From NCBI GenBank assembly GCA_963742265.1, contig CAVULC010000012.1, forward strand, positions 1,636-65,635: 64,000 nt of DNA, in the 5' to 3' direction. A program made the translations under genes and the position numbers. The first letter of the stretch is position 1, and each line of letters opens with the position of its first letter. The notes beneath the pieces were generated by a model that was not told the origin of the DNA, searched no databases, and worked only from the letters and a program-made list of their open reading frames with translations. Shown here piece after piece: positions 47,130 to 57,916 of this stretch. Origin of the DNA: an uncultured Acidobacteriota bacterium (GTDB lineage Bacteria; Acidobacteriota; Vicinamibacteria; Vicinamibacterales; 2-12-FULL-66-21).

Positions 47130-48220
47130 CCCGCGCCGGTGCCGCCGCAGCCGTCACCGTTCTAGCTCTCTCCGGGTTCCATCTTCACGCGGAAGTACGG
47201 CTTCAGCCGGAAGAACCGTTCGCGCCGCGGCGGACCGTGTGCTATCGAAGCGCGTCGCCACTGAAGATCGACGGACGTCTGGACGAGGCAGCATGGGCCG
47301 CCGCAGCATGGTCGGAGCCGTTCGTCGACATCGAAGGGAGCATCCGTCCGGCGCCGCGCCTTCGCACCCGCGTCAAGATGCTCTGGGACGACGAGTTCTT
47401 TTACGTGGCGGCCGACATGGAGGAGCCGGACGTGTGGGCGACCTTGACCGAGCGCGATTCGGTCATCTATCACGAGAATGATTTCGAGCTCTTCATCGAT
47501 CCCGACGGCGATACGCACGACTACTACGAGCTGGAGATCAACGCGCTCAACACGGTGTGGGACCTGTTGCTGCTGCGGCCGTATCGCGACGGCGGTCCGG
47601 CCGTGCACGCCTGGGACATCGCCGGATTGAAGACCGCCGTCCACGTGCGCGGCACGATCAATACGCCGGGCGACAGCGACGATGGGTGGTCGGTCGAGAT
47701 CGCGCTGCCCTGGAAGATCCTGAAAGAGGCGGCGCCCGGCCGGAGAGCACCGGTCGCCGGCGAACGATGGCGCGTGAACTTCTCGCGCGTCGAGTGGCAG
47801 CTCGAAACCAGGCACGGCCGATACGATCCGCGCCGCGACGACAAGGGGGAGCTGCTGAGCGAGAACAACTGGGTCTGGTCGCCCCAGGGAAGTGTTGCCA
47901 TGCACATGCCGGAGCGTTGGGGTTATGTGCAGTTCTCTGGCGCCATCGCCGGCACTCGCGTCGACCCATTCGTCGCGGATCCCGACGAAGCGATCAAATG
48001 GACGCTGCGACGTCTCTATTACAAGCAGGTGGAGTTCCTCGAGAAGAACCGCCGCTATGCGCGGACGCTCGACGAGCTGAATGCTGCCGGCATTCCGATC
48101 GCCGGTGTTCAGCTGCACGCCACCGGCGATCTCTACGTTCTGAGCGCTCCCGCTGCGAATGCCGGAGTCGTTTACATCCGCCAGGATGGACGGGTGTGGG
48201 TCACACCACGGCAACACTGA
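47126..48220 (+). CDS. carbohydrate-binding family 9 (CBM9/DOMON-like) protein
   Basis: ORF 47126..48220. ...PLKIDGRLDEAAWAAAAWSEPFVDI...LWDDEFFYVAADMEEPDVWA...NDFELFIDPDGDTHDYYELEINALNTVWDLLL.... ATGA overlap with the upstream gene. Confidence 0.65.
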   Translation: MTRAGAAAAVTVLALSGFHLHAEVRLQPEEPFAPRRTVCYRSASPLKIDGRLDEAAWAAAAWSEPFVDIEGSIRPAPRLRTRVKMLWDDEFFYVAADMEEPDVWATLTERDSVIYHENDFELFIDPDGDTHDYYELEINALNTVWDLLLLRPYRDGGPAVHAWDIAGLKTAVHVRGTINTPGDSDDGWSVEIALPWKILKEAAPGRRAPVAGERWRVNFSRVEWQLETRHGRYDPRRDDKGELLSENNWVWSPQGSVAMHMPERWGYVQFSGAIAGTRVDPFVADPDEAIKWTLRRLYYKQVEFLEKNRRYARTLDELNAAGIPIAGVQLHATGDLYVLSAPAANAGVVYIRQDGRVWVTPRQH

Positions 48221-48363
48221 GCGGCCCGCCGCGTAAGCACGCACTCCCACCATGAAGCCGGCGGCGACGTGGGTCTGCGTGAACGGCGGCTGGTGCCGAA
48301 AGGGCACGTGCTCGCAGGCGGAGGAGGCGTGTAGGCGCGACAGCTTCCTCTCGATTTCGCGAG

Positions 48364-48726
48364 CTAGCGCGACTTCAGGTAGGCGATCACGAACAGAATC
48401 CCGAGCAGGCCGTCGGGGACGGCGGCCTGCGCGTCGGCGGCCGGAATGCGCCCCTCGCCGTACAACACCATCAAGGTCGTCACGTAAGCGAACTTCTCGA
48501 TCATCGCCGGGATCATCAGCGGGCGGAAGCGTTTCGGATCGGATCCAATCACGAGAAACGCGAGCTGCCACGCGAGCGCGACGCCAAAGAAGCCGTAGAA
48601 GAAATGCGGGTAGTCAACCGGCGGAGCGTAATGGCGTCCGGTGATGTCGACCAGCCAGTAGAGAGGAGTCAACACGAGCACCCCCCAGATGCCGGCGCCG
48701 ATGAACACGATCCTCGCGAATTTCAT
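48364..48726 (-). CDS. small polytopic membrane protein, unknown function
   Basis: ORF 48364..48726, four hydrophobic segments. Confidence 0.5.
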   Translation of the reverse strand: MKFARIVFIGAGIWGVLVLTPLYWLVDITGRHYAPPVDYPHFFYGFFGVALAWQLAFLVIGSDPKRFRPLMIPAMIEKFAYVTTLMVLYGEGRIPAADAQAAVPDGLLGILFVIAYLKSR

Positions 48727-48804
48727 AGTGTCTCCGGTGAGTGGAAACCAGGGCTTCCCTCTGAATTATTTCCGGTATCGGATTCCCCGTCGGCGTGATG
48801 TAGC

Positions 48805-50256
48805 ATGCCGATTCCTGCCGATTCACCAGGGAGTAACCAGTTGACAGCCCCAGATCTGCTCGAACGGCTCGTCCGGCACAAAACGCTCGGCGCGGCGCCG
48901 CCGCAGGAGCTCGCGTGGCTGGTATCGCACGGTTCTCTGCGGCAGCTCGACGAAGGGGACGTGCTGAGCGCGAAAGGCGCGCCGGTCGCCGGTCTCTTCG
49001 TCGTGCTGACGGGCCACATCGCGATTTTCATCGATCGTGGCGCCGGGCGCCACAAACTCGTGGAGTGGTCGGCAGGCGACGTCGCCGGCATGCTGCCGTA
49101 CTCCCGCCTGGTCAGCCCTCCGGCCGATTCGGTCGCGCAGGAACCCTCGGAGATCCTGGCGATCCCCCGCGCCGACCTGACCTCGATGATCCGTGAGTGT
49201 CCGGAGATCACCGCCATCCTCGTCCACAAGATGGTCGATCGCAGCCGCGAGTTCACATCGAGCGGCTTGCACGACGAGAAGATGGTCTCACTGGGAAAGC
49301 TCTCCGCCGGACTCGCTCATGAACTGAACAATCCCGCGTCGGCGATCGAACGAGGCGCGGCGCAGCTGGAGGCCCGTCTCGACGAAGCCGATCAGTCGTC
49401 CCGCGCGCTCGGCGCATCGAGACTGACGGACGCTCAACTCGCCGCCATCGACGCTCTGCGTGATTGTTGCGCCGGGACCCGCACGGCAGGCGTGCTGTCT
49501 CCGATCCAGCAGTCCGATCGCGAGGACGCGATCAACGACTGGCTCGCCGATCACCACGTGGATGCGGCCGTCGCGGGACCGCTTGCCGAAACCGCGGTGA
49601 CGCTCGACGCACTCGACCGGATTGCTGCGGTTGTCGACGGGCCTCCTCTCGCCGCCGCCCTGCGGTGGGCGGCCGCCGGATGCGGCGTTCGCGGGATCGC
49701 GTCGGACATTCAGGATGCGGCGAAACGCATCTCGGGCCTGGTCGCCAGCGTCAAGGGGTTCACGCACATGGACCAGTCCACGGTCGCCGGACCCGTGGAA
49801 CTGGCCTCGAGTCTTGGCACCACGGTCGCGGTTCTCAAAGCGAAGGCGCGCTCGAAATCCGTGGAAGTGACGGTCAACCTCGAACCGGATCTTCCGCACG
49901 TTCGCGGCTTTGCCGGCGAGCTGAATCAGATCTGGGCGAATCTGATCGATAACGCGATCGATGCAGTCGCTGAATCGGGCCGCGTCGACATAACCGCACG
50001 CTGCGAGCGGCAGCGTGTCGTGGTGCGCGTCGTCGACAACGGGCCGGGCATGTCGGTCGAGACCCGCGACCACATCTTCGAACCGTTCTTCACCACCAAG
50101 CCGGTCGGAAAGGGCACCGGCCTGGGCCTCGACATCGTGCGCCGTCTCGTCAGCCACAACGACGGGGAGATCGATGTCGAGACCGCGCCGGGCCGAACCG
50201 AGTTTCGCGTCTCCCTTCCGCTCGCCCAGGTTGATTCGGGTGGAGAGCGTCCATGA
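48805..50256 (+). CDS. cyclic-nucleotide-binding-domain histidine kinase (cNMP-binding, HisKA with a long DHp insert, HATPase_c)
   Basis: ORF 48805..50256. cNMP-like beta-roll (GDVLSAKGAPVAGLFVVLTGHIAIF...GDVAGMLPYS), H-box LSAGLAHELNNPASAI, ATPase boxes NLIDNAIDA, DNGPGM, GTGLGLDIVRRLV. Confidence 0.85.
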   Translation: MPIPADSPGSNQLTAPDLLERLVRHKTLGAAPPQELAWLVSHGSLRQLDEGDVLSAKGAPVAGLFVVLTGHIAIFIDRGAGRHKLVEWSAGDVAGMLPYSRLVSPPADSVAQEPSEILAIPRADLTSMIRECPEITAILVHKMVDRSREFTSSGLHDEKMVSLGKLSAGLAHELNNPASAIERGAAQLEARLDEADQSSRALGASRLTDAQLAAIDALRDCCAGTRTAGVLSPIQQSDREDAINDWLADHHVDAAVAGPLAETAVTLDALDRIAAVVDGPPLAAALRWAAAGCGVRGIASDIQDAAKRISGLVASVKGFTHMDQSTVAGPVELASSLGTTVAVLKAKARSKSVEVTVNLEPDLPHVRGFAGELNQIWANLIDNAIDAVAESGRVDITARCERQRVVVRVVDNGPGMSVETRDHIFEPFFTTKPVGKGTGLGLDIVRRLVSHNDGEIDVETAPGRTEFRVSLPLAQVDSGGERP

Positions 50257-51911
50257 GCAACCCCGTACTGCTCGCTGTTGACGACGATGCGCAGGTGCTC
50301 GCGGCGGTGCGTCGCGACCTGCGCTCGCGGTACCGCGAAACGTACAAGGTTATGAGCGCGGCGTCAGGCGAAGAAGCGCTGGCCACCATCCGCGAGCTCA
50401 AGGCGCGCGGCGACGCGCTCGCAATTGTGATGAGCGATCAGCGCATGCCCGGATTGCAGGGGACCGACGTGCTCGCGCAGTCGCGCGAGCTCTATCCGCT
50501 GGCGCGTCGAGTGCTGCTCACCGCGTACTCGGATATCGACGCCGCGATCAGCGCCATCAACGTGGCCCATCTCGATCACTATCTCTCGAAGCCGTGGGAT
50601 CCTCCGGAGGAATGCCTGTTCCCGGTGATCGACGATCTGCTCGACGGCTGGCAGGCTGATTACCTTCCCGAGGCAAAAGGCCTTCGGCTCGTAGGCCATC
50701 AGTGGTCGCCTCGCTCGCACGCGATCAAGGACTTTCTGGCCGGCAACCTGATTCCGTATCGCTGGCTCGACGTCGCGCGCGATGCGGATACGGGTAGCCT
50801 GCTGGAGGCGGCGGCGATCAGCAGTAGCGACCTTCCCGTGCTGTTCTTCGAGGATGGCTCGGTGCTGCGAAATCCGGAGCCGCGTCAAGTCGCGGAGCGA
50901 CTGGGACGATCGCTCTCGGCGGCCCTCGATCTCTACGATCTCGTCATTGTTGGCGCGGGTCCCTCCGGCCTGGCCGCGGCGGTGTATGGCGCATCGGAGG
51001 GGCTGCGAACGCTGCTCCTCGACCGGCACGCGCCCGGCGGTCAGGCGGGCAGCAGTTCCAGGATTGAAAACTATCTCGGATTTCCAGCCGGTGTCAGCGG
51101 CAGCGAACTGACCCGGCGTGCCGTCGCGCAGGCGCAGCGCCTGGGCGCGGAGTTGATCGTGCCGCTCGAAGTGACTGGGGTGTCGATCGATGCGGGCTAC
51201 AAGCACCTCACGCTCAGCGATGGCAGGGAAGTCGTGACGCGGACGATGCTGATCGCAACCGGAATGGAATACCGTGAGCACCCCGCCTCGGGTGTCATAT
51301 CCCATGCAGGGGCCGGCGTGTATTACGGCGCAGCGATGACGGAAGCGCCGGCGTTCCGGGACCGGCGTGTTCTCGTCGTCGGCGGCGGCAACTCGGCGGG
51401 CCAGGCAGCGATGTACCTGGCGCGCTACGCGAAAGAGGTGCAGATCGTCGTGCGGCGCGAGTCGTTGCGCGACACGATGTCGCAGTACCTGATCGAGCAA
51501 ATCGAAAAAACGCCGAACATACGGATCCGCACGGGAGCGGAGCTGGAGAGCGTTGAGGGGACCGGCCAGGTGGAACGCGTAACGCTCAAGCTGAACGACG
51601 CCACGCGTCAGATCCAAGAAATGGATGCGGTGTTCGTGTTCATCGGGACCAGGCCTCGCAGCGACTGGCTCCTCGCCGGGGTGCTGCGCGACGCCAGGGG
51701 CTTTGTCATCACGGGCCGTGATCTGACGTCGGACGCCGGGTTTGCGCGTCTCTGGAAGGAGCGGCGCGAGCCGATGGCGCTCGAGACCAGCGTTCCTGGT
51801 GTGTTCGCCGCGGGCGACATCCGCGCCGGCGCCATGAACCGGGTGGCATCTGCCGTGGGCGAAGGATCAATGGCGGTGCGGTTTGTTCACGAGTACCTCG
51901 CGCTGACGTGA
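50253..51911 (+). CDS. fused response regulator (REC), glutaredoxin-like fold and thioredoxin-reductase-like flavoprotein, lacking both CxxC motifs
   Basis: ORF 50253..51911. REC (LLAVDDD...MSDQRMPGLQG...SKPW). Grx-like segment with WSPRS where CPxC is expected. FAD/NAD(P)H motifs GAGPSGLAAAVY, VVGGGNSAGQAA, VFAAGDIR. GVYYGAAMTEAPAF sits where TrxR has GVS-CATCDG-FF. ATGA overlap with the kinase gene. Confidence 0.85.
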   Translation: MSNPVLLAVDDDAQVLAAVRRDLRSRYRETYKVMSAASGEEALATIRELKARGDALAIVMSDQRMPGLQGTDVLAQSRELYPLARRVLLTAYSDIDAAISAINVAHLDHYLSKPWDPPEECLFPVIDDLLDGWQADYLPEAKGLRLVGHQWSPRSHAIKDFLAGNLIPYRWLDVARDADTGSLLEAAAISSSDLPVLFFEDGSVLRNPEPRQVAERLGRSLSAALDLYDLVIVGAGPSGLAAAVYGASEGLRTLLLDRHAPGGQAGSSSRIENYLGFPAGVSGSELTRRAVAQAQRLGAELIVPLEVTGVSIDAGYKHLTLSDGREVVTRTMLIATGMEYREHPASGVISHAGAGVYYGAAMTEAPAFRDRRVLVVGGGNSAGQAAMYLARYAKEVQIVVRRESLRDTMSQYLIEQIEKTPNIRIRTGAELESVEGTGQVERVTLKLNDATRQIQEMDAVFVFIGTRPRSDWLLAGVLRDARGFVITGRDLTSDAGFARLWKERREPMALETSVPGVFAAGDIRAGAMNRVASAVGEGSMAVRFVHEYLALT

Positions 51912-52599
51912 CTGGCTCACGAAGGTCCGCCGCTCGCGTTCCGCGGGTGCGTCCCACAAGCGCAGGCCACCGAGAACCGCGTCGTGGTTATCACCGAGAC
52001 GAACGCCACGCGGCATCGACTTGAGTTTTTTCGTCTGACCGCCGCCGAGCACGACGTAGTCGGCCTGCATCGCCGTCTTCAGCAAGTCGATCACCAGGTG
52101 GACGTGATGCGTCCACTTGCGGGCGCCCAGACGTTTCAAGCCACGCAACCCGACGTAATCCTCGTAGGTTCGTCCGCGCCGATACGGCAGATGCGCGAGC
52201 TCGAGCGGTGCAAGCACGCCGTCGGCAACGAGCGCGGAGCCCAGGCCAGTGCCGAGGCCGAGAAACAACATGCGTCCGCCTGCATACGCCCCGAGCGCCT
52301 GCATCGCCGCGTCGTTGACGATCTTGACCGGCGCGCCGAAAGCCTTCCCGAAATCGAACCGCATCCAGCCGCCACTCAGGTTGTGCGGTTCGTGCGCCGG
52401 ACGGCCGTGTCTGACGACACCGGGGTAGCCGATCGACACCGCGTCGTACTTCCAGCCGACGATCACTTTGCGGACGGCTGCGGCCATGCGCGCCGGCGGT
52501 CATCTCCGCGCCCGACGGAATCTTCACCGGTACCTTGCGTCCCGAGGTGCCAACCTTGACGTTGGTGCCGCCGACATCGATGACGAGGATGCGGTTCAT
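51867..52599 (-). CDS. ROK-family glucokinase (polyphosphate/ATP glucokinase-like); one frame shift
   Basis: MNRILVIDVGGTNVKVG... (start 52599, ATGA overlap with the zwf stop), continuing in ORF 51867..52487 (...VNDAAMQALGAY...LGLGTGLGSAL...). Shift near 52490. Confidence 0.75.
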
Positions 52600-53976
52600 T
52601 GTGGTGTGTTCCATCCTCCGACGTCGGCGACAAGACGGTCCGCCTGTGGCGGGCCCCATGACCCGGGCTCGTATTCGTAGAGCTCGCCCGGGTCGGCGAG
52701 CAGCGGATTCACGATCGCCCATGCGGCTTCGACCACGTCCTGGCGCGCAAAGAGGGTGGCGTCGCCGTCCATCGCGTCGCCCAGCAGCCGTTCGTAATCA
52801 CCCAGGCGCAACTCGGCTGGTTGCTCAACCACGGAGAGCTCGACGGGGTGACCCGCCATCGCTTCACCCGGCCGCTTGGCTCGCGCCCCGATCGCGATCG
52901 CGACCTGCGGACTCAGACGGAGGCGCACGTAGTTGCCGGACGCCGGCGTCGGTTCGGAGAATACGACCTGCGGCGGTACCTTGAGCTCCACGAGTACTTC
53001 GGTGGCCGTCATCTTGAGGGATTTTCCAGCGCGCACGTAGAACGGCACGCCCGCCCACCGCCATGAATCGATATCGAGCCGCAGGGCTGCGTAGGTGGAG
53101 ACCGGTCGAATCCCTCGCGACCCCGGGTTCGTCGCGATATCCGCGGAACTGACCGCGCGTGATCTTCTTCGCATTCATCGGTCGAATCGTTCGCAGCACC
53201 TTGGCCTGTTCGTCGCGAATCGCCTCCGGGTACGTCGAGGAGGGAGGTTCCATCGCGAGATAGCTCACGATCTGAAAGCAGGTGGTTCTGGATGACGTCG
53301 CGGATGACGCCGGTCTCATCGTAGAACTTACCTCGGCCCTTCACGCCGAAGCTCTCGGCCATCGTGATCTGCACGTTCTCGACGTAGTGTCGGTTCCAGA
53401 TCGGCTCCAGGAACGCATTCGCAAAACGGAAGTAGAGGATGTTCTGGACCGCCTCTTTGCCGAGATAGTGGTCGATGCGGAAGATCGCGGACTCGGGGAA
53501 GAACTCGTGAAGCATCACGATTGAGCTCACGCGCCGACGCCAGGTCGCGGCCGAACGGTTTCTCGACGATGACCCGCGCGTTGGCGGTGCAGCCCGCGCC
53601 TGGCGAGCTGCCCGACCACCTTTGGGAACAGGCTCGGCGGAATCGCCAGGTAGTGCGCCGGGCAGGTGCGATCACCGAGCTCCGCTCTCAGCCTGGTGAA
53701 CGTCTCGGGATCGTTGTAGTCACCGTCGATGTACGTGAGCTGCGCAACGAGCTTCGCGAACGCGTCAGGGTCGAGGCCGCCGTACTCGGTCGACAGCACG
53801 CGCGAGCGCGCTCGACGAGCTGATCGATCGTCCATCCCGACTTCGCCACCCCGATGACGATGAAGTCCAGCCGGCCACGGCGCGCCATGGCCTGCAGCGC
53901 CGGGAAAGATCTTCTTGTAGGCGAGGTCGCCGGTGGCGCCGAAGAACACGAGCGCATCCGACCGCTGCTTGTCCAT
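52596..53976 (-). pseudogene. zwf: glucose-6-phosphate dehydrogenase, split by at least five frame shifts
   Basis: MDKQRSDALVFFGATGDLAYKKIFP (start 53976), ...[12 protein letters not shown]..., ...[21 protein letters not shown]..., ...VIQNHLL..., ...[13 protein letters not shown]..., ending ...GSWGPPQADRLV...NTPQ. Spread over ORFs 53527..54327, 53688..53957, 53328..53675, 53009..53530, 52864..53319 and 52596..53174. Confidence 0.85.
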
Positions 53977-53978
53977 GG

Positions 53979-54991
53979 CTACTTCTTCTCGACGTGGCCG
54001 CCGAAACCGAAGCGCATGGCGGAGAGCACCTTGTTCTGGAAGAGATCCAGATCGCGTGACGCGAACCGCTCGAAGAGCGCCGCGGTCAGCACGAATGCGC
54101 GGCACGCCTTCGTCGTTGGCCGCCGCCACGGTCCAGCGTCCTTCGCCGGAATCGGCAACGCGTGCCGCCGAATTTGTCGAGGCCCGGATCGGATGCCAGC
54201 GCCTGCGCGGTGAGGTCGAGCAGCCACGAACTGACGACGCTGCCGCGACGCCACACCTCGGTGATGTCGGCAAGGTTGAAGTCGTACTGGTAGTGCTCGG
54301 GATTGCGCAGCGGCGTGGTTTCGGCATCCTTTTCGTGCGATCGCCTGCCGATGTCGGCGTTCTTCAGGATGTTCAGACCTTCACCGTAGGCGGCCATCAA
54401 TCCGTACTCGATCCCGTTGTGAATCATCTTGACGAAGTGCCCGGCACCCGACGGGCCGCAGTGCAGGTAGCCGTGCTCGGCCGTGCCGCCCAGCTTCTCG
54501 CGGCCGGGTGTCCGCGGGATGTCGCCAGCGCCGGGCGAGAGCGTCTTGAAGATCGGATCCAGCCGCTTCACGACGTCCGTTTCGCCGCCGATCATCAGGC
54601 AGTAGCCGCGCTCCAGGCCCCAGACGCCGCCGCTCGTGCCCATGTCGACGTAGTGGATGCCCTTCGGCTGCAGCCGCTTCGCCCGCGCGATGTCGTCGTG
54701 ATAATGCGAATTGCCGCCGTCGATGATCACATCGTCTCGATCCATGTGCGGCAGGAGCTTGTCGATGATCGTGTCGACGATGGCCGCCGGCACCATCAGG
54801 CAGACCGTGCGAGGCTTCGACAGCTTGTCGAGAAAGTCCTCGAGCGACGAGGAGCCGGTCGCCCCTTCCCTGGCGAGCCCGGCGACGGCATCGGCCGATA
54901 CGTCCTGGACAACGCACGTGTGCCCGGCGCGCATCAGCCGCCGCACCATGTTCGAACCCATCCGGCCGAGACCGATCATTCCGAGCTGCAT
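53979..54991 (-). CDS. gnd: 6-phosphogluconate dehydrogenase, short (about 300-340 aa) decarboxylating type; 3' end frame-shifted
   Basis: ORF 54086..54991 ([19 protein letters not shown]...GGNSHY...[19 protein letters not shown]). The C-terminus continues in other frames (...[17 protein letters not shown]..., ...[32 protein letters not shown], stop at 53979). Confidence 0.85.
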
Positions 54992-55015
54992 GTTCGCTAG
55001 TCCTCTCGCTACAGG

Positions 55016-57905
55016 TTAGGCGAGCGCCCACTCGATTGCTGCGTCCAGCGTGCGCAGGCCGGCGGCGACATCGGCACCGATGTGAATCCGGAGTGCGCGG
55101 CGGTCGCGGTCGGCGAGGACCTGGAAATCCCCGCGCGCCTGCGCCGCCTTCACCAGGCCGAAGGTGTACTTCTGCCCGGGCACCGGCAGATCCTGCGCGT
55201 CGTCGCAGGTTACCTGGAGGAACACGCCGGAGTTCGGGCCACCCTTGTAGCCCTGTCCGGTCGAGTGCAGGAACCTCGGACCAAAACCAAGACAGGTTGC
55301 TACGTTCCGCCGGTCTCTCACCCGGCGCCGTGTCTTCTGCAGCGCTGCTTCGTGAGTGCTGTTCATCTCGACGTAGGCGAGCAATGCGAAGTAATCGCCG
55401 GGACCCAACCGTGAAAGATGAGCCGCGAGGTAATCGTTCATGGACGGCGACGGACCCGCGGCTCTTGTCAGCGCTTCCACGTTCTTCGCGTCGGCGAAGA
55501 GCTTCACGCCGTCACCCTCGAAGAATGGGGACTCCTCCGGCAGCTTCCCGGTCTTTTCGTATTCGCTGGTGAGCGACTTCGTCGCAATCTTGCTCGCCTC
55601 GACGTCGGGCTGGTTGAACGGGTTGATCCCCATCACCGCGCCGGCGATCGCGGTCGCGATCTCCCAGCGGACGAACTCTTCGCTGAGATCGTACCTGGTC
55701 GCGACGCGGATGGTCACCACCGGCTTGCCGGCTTTTTCGAGCGCCGCGACGGCGGCGTCCTGCGCTGCGTCAGGTTCGTCTTCGAGCCTGAGGTAGGCGA
55801 ACAGGCGATCGTCGCCGTAAACCGCCGGCGGACCGACCGCTTCGCGGTCGACGGGGATGATGCCCTTACCCTCCTTGCCGGTCGATTCGGCGATGAGTTG
55901 TTCGAGCCAGGCACCGAGATCGTAGATGCCCGGCGATGCGATGAGTGTCAGTTTGTCGATGCCGTGCGTGGCCGCGACGCCGAGGATCGTGCCGAGCACC
56001 AGGCCGGGATTGTCTTCGGCGGCGACGCCCGGCGCGCACGCGTGCAGCATGCGTTCGGCTTCATCGAGCAGTTTCTCGACGTCGAGTCCCATGATCGCCG
56101 CCGGAACCATCCCGAAATTGGAGAGTGCCGAGTACCGTCCACCGATGGTCGGGACGCCCGGCGAAGATGTGGCGGAAGCCGTTCGCGCGCGCTTCCTTCT
56201 CGAGGTGCGATCCGGGATCGGTGACGGCGATGAAACGGTTCCCGGCTTTGTCCGCGCCAAGCGCTCGTTTCACCTGGTCGAAGAAATACGCGTAGAAGAT
56301 GTTCGGCTCGAGCGTCGATCCCGATTTACTCGAGACGATGAAGATGGTTCGTTCGAGATCGAGCTTCGACTGGATCGACCGGATCTGCGCCGGATCGGTT
56401 GAATCAAGGACGAGGAGCTCAGGCGCGCCGGAGATCCGGCCGAAGGTTTCCTTCCACACTTCGGGGGACAGGCTCGATCCTCCCATGCCGAGCAGCACGG
56501 CGTGCGTGAAACGCTCGGCGCGCACCTCCTGCTGCAGATCGAGCAGCGTCTTCACCGTCGCGATCTGCTGATCGATGATCCCGATCCAGCCGATCCAGCT
56601 CGCTTCGTCGGTGCCCGTCCACAAGGAGGCATCGCCTGCGAACAGGCGTCGCGTGCCGCCGTCAGCGTCCCAGGCCTTCAACCGCTCGGACACGTTCGCC
56701 TGGAGCGATGCCGGGAGTGCGTGCGACTGGGTGTTGATGCGCGCCCGATTCGCTTCACGCGAACGGCGTTCCACGGCGGCGAGCAGCTTCGTGAACGGCT
56801 CGACGAACTTGCTGACACCATCGCTCAACAGATCGTCGGTGACGGTGCGCAGCGAGATCCCCGCCTTCTCGAGATCGTCGAGCACGCGTGCGGCCTCGTC
56901 GACGTGTTCCTCCAGGCTCGCGCGCGGCCGGCCGTGATCGCGAAAGGCCGCGAGCGTCGCCGGCGGGATGGTGTTGACCGTGTCGGGGCCGATCAGCTCG
57001 TCGACGTACAGCACGTCGCTGTAGCGCGGATTCTTGCTGCCGGTGCTCGCCCACAGCACACGTTGCGACTGCGCGCCCTTCGCTCGCAGCGCCTCCCAGC
57101 GCGGGCCGGCGAAGATGCGCTTGTAGCTTTGATAGGCGAGCTTCGCATTGGCGATCGCCACCTTTCCGGCGAGGCCTTCGAGGCGCTGGCGGTCTGCACC
57201 CGCGGCCGTTTTCAGTCGCGCTTCGATCTGCGCGTCGACCACGGTATCGATCCGGCTCACGAAGAAGCTCGCCACGCTGGCGATGTGACCGAGTGGCTGA
57301 CCGGCGGCAGCCCGGGCTTCGAGGCCCTCGATGTAGGCCTGGGCGACGGCTTCGTACGCGTCGCGCGCAAAGAGCAATGTCACGTTGACGTTGATGCCTT
57401 CGCTGATCAGCGTGCGGATCGCCGGCAGCCCTGCCGGCGTGGCCGGCACCTTGATCATGACGTTCGGTCGCGACACGGCTTTCCACAGCTGACGCGCTTC
57501 GGTCAGGGTGCCGTTGGTGTCGTTAGCCAGATCCGGCGACACTTCGAGACTGACGTAACCATCACGAGATGCGGTCCTGTCGTACACGGGACGGAGCACG
57601 TCCGCGGCAGCCTGGATATCTGCGATCGCCAGCTTTTCGTAGATGGCCTTGGCGGCCAGGCCCGGCTGCCGATCGGAGATGTCCTGGATCGCCGATGCGT
57701 AGTCGTCGCTTCCGTCGATCGCCTTCTCGAAGATCGCCGGGTTCGATGTCACACCGCCGAGGCCGTCATCGTCCACGAGACGCTTCAGCTCTCCGCTCGC
57801 AATCAGGCTGCGGCGGATGAAGTCCAGCCACACCGACTGGCCGAATCGCTCGAGCGCAGCCAGCGGATTGACGGCGGCCGAAGATCCCGACGCCGGATTG
57901 TTCAT
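55016..57905 (-). CDS. bifunctional transaldolase / glucose-6-phosphate isomerase fusion; one frame shift
   Basis: ORF 56061..57905: transaldolase (QSVWLDFIRR...GVTSNPAIFEKAI...MIKVPAT), then the PGI start (...LLGMGGSSLSPEV...IVSSKSGSTLEP). PGI continues in ORF 55016..56260 (...GGRYSALSNFG...). Shift near 56150. Confidence 0.85.
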
Positions 57906-57916
57906 GATGACCCTCT

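Noticed and set aside
47162-48571. 469-aa minus-strand ORF spanning the CBM9 gene and the 48221-48363 spacer
   Set aside because: It is antisense to a well-supported CBM9-like gene. The only unexplained portion (48221-48363) is too short and has no start, RBS or motif to support a gene.
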